A stretch of 33,824 nucleotides of DNA from an uncultured Ignavibacteriales bacterium (GTDB lineage: Bacteria > Zixibacteria > MSB-5A5 > GN15 > FEB-12): positions 5,464-39,287 of the forward strand of contig CAZXRO010000002.1 in NCBI GenBank assembly GCA_964642435.1. Direction: 5' to 3'. The notes under the pieces were generated by a model that was given only the letters and a program-made list of their open reading frames with translations, made no database searches and was not told the origin of the DNA. The position numbers and the translations under genes are program-made. Shown here piece by piece: positions 33,519 through 33,824 of this stretch (position 1 is its first letter; each line of letters starts with the position of its first letter).

Positions 33519-33824
33519 TCACTTCTTTTTCTTGGCCAGGTGCGACGATGCCCTATCCAGAAACTCGCGCTCGGCCTGGGAGAGATTTTCGATTCCGACT
33601 TCATTAATCTTGTCGAGAATCTCATCGACTTTCTGCATAGTGATATCGTATTCATCGCGTTCTTTCTCGATCTTACGCTCGTTCATCTTCCGGCGCAAGT
33701 TTCTAATTTTCGTGAAGCTGCGATTGATACGCCAATCCAGTTTGAGATACGCCAGGCCATAGAGAGCGCCGCCGAGGTGCGCCCAATGGGCAACATTGGC
33801 TCCGCCAAAGAGGAATCCAAGCAA
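33519..33824 (-). CDS. Rhomboid-family intramembrane serine protease, C-terminal part only (gene continues past the right edge), with a Lys/Glu-rich cytoplasmic tail
   Basis: GFLFGGANVAHWAHLGGALYGLAYL carries the rhomboid catalytic-His motif (AH-x-AHLGG-x-x-x-G) in the last TM helix. It is followed by a charged ~70-aa tail ending in KKKK. It is open at the window edge. Confidence 0.7.
   Translation of the reverse strand: MLGFLFGGANVAHWAHLGGALYGLAYLKLDWRINRSFTKIRNLRRKMNERKIEKERDEYDITMQKVDEILDKINEVGIENLSQAEREFLDRASSHLAKKKK

Noticed and set aside
1-33824. A whole-window look for CRISPR repeats, long direct or inverted repeats, IS or transposase/integrase genes, toxin-antitoxin pairs, reverse transcriptases, tRNA/rRNA genes and restriction-modification or other defence genes.
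   Set aside because: I recognised none by eye. Every large ORF is accounted for by housekeeping, envelope or hypothetical genes. I cannot run a repeat finder or covariance models, so short or degenerate elements could have been missed.

Overview
This is a 33.8-kb, moderately GC-rich bacterial chromosomal window. I count 27 protein-coding genes, two of them cut by the window edges. 23 are on the minus strand, including an unbroken minus-strand run from 22278 down to 1. By eye I found no rRNA, tRNA, CRISPR array, transposase, integrase, phage or recognisable defence genes, so this looks like core, envelope-centred housekeeping rather than an accessory island.

Minus-strand genes, reading down from 22278:
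- ECF sigma, zf-HC2 anti-sigma and an HtrA/DegS-like PDZ protein
- CMD-family protein, TamB and a TamA-like Omp85
- cysteine desulfurase and MnmA
- AsmA-family protein
- polar-amino-acid ABC permease and ATPase
- secreted His-rich M1-like protein
- S8 subtilase with a T9SS/FlgD-Ig-type C-terminal domain
- PAS/GAF histidine-kinase-like protein
- YicC and Gmk

Right-hand part of the window:
- DUF401-like permease (minus)
- divergent pabB-pabC, an outer-membrane beta-barrel candidate and a small membrane protein (plus)
- TauE/SafE, a creatininase-family protein, a DUF2064-like protein, DsbD, a receiver-like acidic protein and a rhomboid fragment (minus)

The gene content hints at an uncultured diderm of the FCB-type lineages; this is inference only.

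I see no canonical novel system. The most unusual signal is that several signalling or hydrolase homologues appear to have lost their catalytic residues:
- a triad-less HtrA in the ECF sigma operon
- an M1-like protein without zinc ligands, coupled to a binding-protein-less ABC importer and a secreted subtilase
- a histidine-kinase-like protein with a degenerate ATP-binding domain
- a receiver domain without the phospho-acceptor Asp

A DUF2064-like/creatininase-family/TauE string is a further uncharacterised candidate.

All family calls come from motif recognition by eye on the supplied translations. No searches were run, and the eyeball alignments need profile or structure confirmation.
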